NCBI GenBank assembly: GCA_000165345.1
Contig: CM000434.1
Location: forward strand, 1,056,001 to 1,120,000
Reading direction: 5' to 3'
DNA length: 64,000 nucleotides
Positions 60,497-64,000 of this stretch are shown here, in pieces. The translations under genes were made by a program, and so were the position numbers. Each line of letters opens with the position of its first letter. Position 1 is the first letter of the stretch. The notes under the pieces are model-generated. The model ran no database searches. It saw only the letters and a list, made by a program, of their open reading frames with translations, and was not told where the DNA came from.

Positions 60497-63400
60497 TTAG
60501 ACTTTCGAATTGGCTAGAAACATATGCTTGTATGCTCCATTTAGCTCCATTAACTAAGTAATTTTAAGTTATTGAGATTACTCTTGTAATATTTTCTCAG
60601 GCACTGAGTCCTTGTAACTTACCTCCAAATGTGTCCCTTGTTCAGATATTGTACTTCCTCCATTTTCTGGATCTTCACCTAACAGAAATATTCGATCACA
60701 ATTTTGAATAGTCCCTAGTCTATGGGTTATTAAAAGAATGGTTGAATTCTTCTTTTTAGAATAAGAATATATTGATTTCATAATAAAAGCTTCATTTTCG
60801 ATATCTAAAGATGCTGTTGGTTCATCTAAAATGAGAACTGGAGAATTCTTAATAAAAGCTCTTGCTAAATTAATCCTTTGTTTCTGTCCCACAGAAAGTT
60901 CGGTACCTCCTTCCCCAACCTAAAATATTGTTATTGATTATTATTTAATTTAACTTCCTCTCAACTTTAACTTACCTTTGTCTCAAAGCCTTCCGGAAGA
61001 TCCATAATGAAATCATAAGCTTGAGCCATTTTTGTTGCCTCTTCCACCTCTTCCATAGATGCATCCATCCTCCCTAATAGTATGTTTTCTTGAATAGTAC
61101 CGGAAAATAATATGGGGTTCTGTTGTACATAAGATATTGAAGATCTGAGTTTTCCCACATCTAGATCATTCAAATCAATTGAATCAATGAGAATTGAGGA
61201 TCTTTCACCAAAATATTGATCAATCTTTTCATTCCTAGTTTCTTCTGAAAATTGAGAACTAATTGGATAAAATCTCTCCAAAAGTTCAAAAATAGTACTT
61301 TTCCCTGATCCACTTTTACCAACAACTGCAACAAATTCTCCACTATTAATTGCAAAACTAACTCTGGAAAGGACCAAGTTATCAATATTGTCTGAATAAC
61401 TAAAGAAGACATTCTTAAAGACTATCTCGCCTTTTCTAAGCTCAATTTCTTCCGAGTCATAAGTATTAAAATCTCCTCTGGCTAAGAGATTATCCAGTTT
61501 ATTGGGAGTTATTGTAGCAAATTCTCTGGCTTTAATAAACTTTCCCAGTCTTTGTAATTTAGTCTTCATTTTCCCATCAAGAATGGATTTTCCTGATCTT
61601 TTATCTCTTGCTAAAGAGAAGTCTTTAAGACATCTCTCATTTATACTAACAAAGCACTTATTTCTTACAATAGGATCTCTATCTATGTAAGAAAAGATTT
61701 TGTTAGCTGATACTTTAGCCTTCTTCTTATCAGTAGCGTATATCTGAGACCTACAAACTGAAGCTGCTGTTAATATTAGAACCAAAATAGTTTGAACAAG
61801 TTCTCCTAATCCAATCTTTTTTTCAACTGTCATCTTGCTACCATACCATAAACCGAAGCTTTGAGCAGTATTTTGAATTGCTTGACCAAAACCCCAGCAA
61901 AGTCCAAGAATATGAGAATCCATTGTTCCTTTAAAATACTCATAACGAGTACTTCTTCTATATTTCTTGATGAAATCTTGTTGTAGATTGAAAAGCTTAA
62001 TAATAGTATGCATCTGTAGAACTTCTTGTAAATAATGAATAGACTGTTTTCGAGAACCCTCAGAATTGGTATTTTCAAAATCCCTGTTTGTACTTCCTTT
62101 AATAACCTTAGATTGAGCATATCCTGTTGGAATTAAAAATATAAAAAATCCAAGAATGACAGTTGTAAGTTCTAGTGAACTTGTAAAAGATATCGTAAGA
62201 CCAAGAAGAACTGTGACAATATTTTGGGTATAGAGTCCAATATTCTCTCCAACTAAACTTTTTGTTAATCTGGTATCTTCTGCTAAAACCTCACAGAGCT
62301 TAATTGCACTTTGATTTGGTTGCTCATGGAATTTAATATCTTGGTACAGCATTGAATAGAAGCATTCTGCTCTCAGTCTCTTAATTAGACGTTCTCCTGA
62401 AATTTGGAGGAATGAATTTTGTGCAAAAGTTGTCAAAAAGATTAGGATTGCTAAAAAAAGAAAGTAAAGGCTGTATTTACCTGTTTCAGTTCTAACCAAT
62501 TCTGAAGTTGGAAGGACCCCTGAAGTCACGAATTTCCCGATCAAATATCCCATAAGAGGAAAAGTAGCACCTTGTACTGAAGCAGAAATAATCCCCAAAA
62601 TGAGAAAATGAATATCTTTTTTGAGTAATAATAATAGCTTGAAGGATGAAACCTTTGGAAGTTTCATGGACAAAGCCTTCAAGTTATCATTGAAAAGGTC
62701 TTTTACCATTAAACTGTAGTCTCTTGTATCTTTATGTGCAATACATAGTCCTTGATTGAGACTCTCAAGGCTGCTAACTGATTGACGCCTGAAAATGCTT
62801 TTGCTGGAATTATTAGAGTAGAAAGTTGCTAATTTCTGGAATGTTTTATCGCTCGATGAGGTTAATAATTGAGGTTTGTTTTGGGTCCAACCATCCAAAC
62901 TCCCTTCATTTAATTTAAGAATAAGATTAGAATAAATTCCATTGCTTAGAGTTGCTAGCTCAGATCTGGAGCCTTGTTCAACAACCCTAATACCATTATT
63001 TGGAGTAGTATCCAGTACAACTAACTGGTCTGCAAAACCAATTGTTTGTAGTCTATGAGCTATCATGATTACAGTTATTCCTCTATCCGATATGTGTTTT
63101 TGGAATTCTTGTGTAAACAATGACTCAGTTTTGACATCTAATCCAGATGTAGCTTCATCTAAGATGATGACTGAAGAATTCCTTATAATAGCTCTTGCAA
63201 TTGCAATTCTTTGTCTCTGTCCACCACTTAGAAGGCCTCCTTCATTTCCTACAAGAGTTTCCAGTCCATCCCGGAAAGAATTGACAAAATCCCAAGCCTG
63301 AGACAATCTAAGAGCATTTTCAATCTCTTTTTCAGTTGCATTTTCATTTCCATACAAAATATTTTGACGAATAGTATCATTGAATAACTTACTTTCTTGA

Positions 63401-64000
63401 TCCACAATTGTGATTTGTTCCCTTAGAAAAGCCAAATCATACTTTTTAATATTTAATCCATCTAGAAGTATCTTTCCTTTATCTGGATCATATAGTCTAA
63501 GTATTAGCTTTAAAATACTTGATTTCCCACATCCACTTCCACCAATTAATGCTGTAGTCTTCCCAGATTGAAGTTCTAAGTTGAAGTCTTTGAGTATAAT
63601 CTTATTAGTTCCAGGATAACTAAATGATACATCTTTAAACTTAAACTCTCCATTTATCTTTTTAAATTTCACAGATTCTTTTTGATTTCTAACTTTGGGT
63701 TTTTTGAATAACTTTCCAAGTTCTTTAAAAGCAACTGAACCCTTTACTAAACTCCCTAAAGAAGGAGTAGATTGTCCAAGAGCAATGGAAGCGTTAGTAA
63801 TGACAAAAAAGATGCTAAATACATTTGCAACAGTAAAGCATTTTAAATCATCGAAAAAAGTACATCCTGAATCCATAGAATCTGCAACTAACACTCCTCC
63901 ATACCAAAATCCAAGAGAGTAAGATGAGAATATGACCAAAGAAACAATACCAATTCCAAAAGAAACAAATACGGACGCTTTTTGACCCACATTTTCAACT
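60497..64000 (-). CDS. ABC transporter, ABCB/P-glycoprotein-type full transporter (TMD-NBD-TMD-NBD). The N-terminus lies beyond the window end. Two short introns in the last 400 nt of the coding region.
   Basis: NBD1 has Walker A GGSGCGKSSILKL, signature LSGGQRQRIAIARAI and Walker B VIILDEATSGLD. TMD2 follows. NBD2 has Walker A GKSGSGKSTIFEL. The track ORF then stops inside an intron. Exon layout on the minus strand is >=64000-60976, intron 60975-60920 (GTAAGTTAAAG...ATATTTTAG), exon 60919-60623, intron 60622-60554 (GTAAGTTAC...AATTACTTAG), exon 60553-60497. Splicing restores ...PEGFETK|VGEGGTELSVGQKQRINLARAFIKNSPVLILDEPTASLD...LGTIQNCDRIFLLGEDPENGGSTISEQGTHLE|LMELNGAYKHMFLANSKV*. These are the canonical NBD2 signature, Walker B and H-loop plus a typical ABCB C-terminus. 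The stop is at 60499-60497. Confidence 0.85.

Overview
This window is a compact, AT-rich (about 70% AT) eukaryotic nuclear segment. I count about 27 protein-coding genes in 64 kb on both strands, plus one tRNA-Arg(CCU). Introns are short GTAAGT...AG introns, mostly near 5' ends. Over-represented palindromic TGCATGCA and E2F-like GGCGGGAAA motifs in intergenic DNA, a WD40-tailed myosin and a prokaryote-type (type I) glutamine synthetase together point to an apicomplexan, most likely Cryptosporidium-like, chromosome. That assignment is inference and needs a homology search.

Recognisable genes:
- Splicing and transcription: SF3B4, SF3A3, Rae1, Spt5, and Pol III subunit RPC34/RPC6.
- Ribosome and protein turnover: RPL26, RPS8, and a USP5/UBP14-type deubiquitinase.
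- Membrane and glycosylation: a DHHC palmitoyltransferase, a Sey1/RHD3-type membrane GTPase, PIG-H, RFT1, and a GT34-family glycosyltransferase.
- Other: a SAC3/GANP protein, type I glutamine synthetase, a telobox Myb protein, two ankyrin-repeat proteins, a class XXII-like myosin with a WD40 tail, and a P-glycoprotein-type ABC transporter that runs off the right edge.
- A large helical-repeat protein runs off the left edge and is absent from the ORF track.

The ORF track uses GTG/TTG as starts, so several track 'M's are not ATG. It also misses every spliced gene. I rebuilt exon models by hand for RPL26, Rae1, Spt5, SF3A3, the ABC transporter, the GT34 gene and three others; hand-counted splice coordinates may be off by 1-2 nt.

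I found no defence island, mobile element or CRISPR array. The most interesting signals are:
- composite palindromic motif modules recurring in intergenic DNA, including between convergent 3' ends;
- two gene-free AT-rich islands of 2-2.5 kb;
- gene pairs only 20-50 bp apart;
- several lineage-informative genes: type I glutamine synthetase, the telobox Myb protein, the GT34 glycosyltransferase, and a Sey1-like GTPase with a signal-peptide-like N-terminus.
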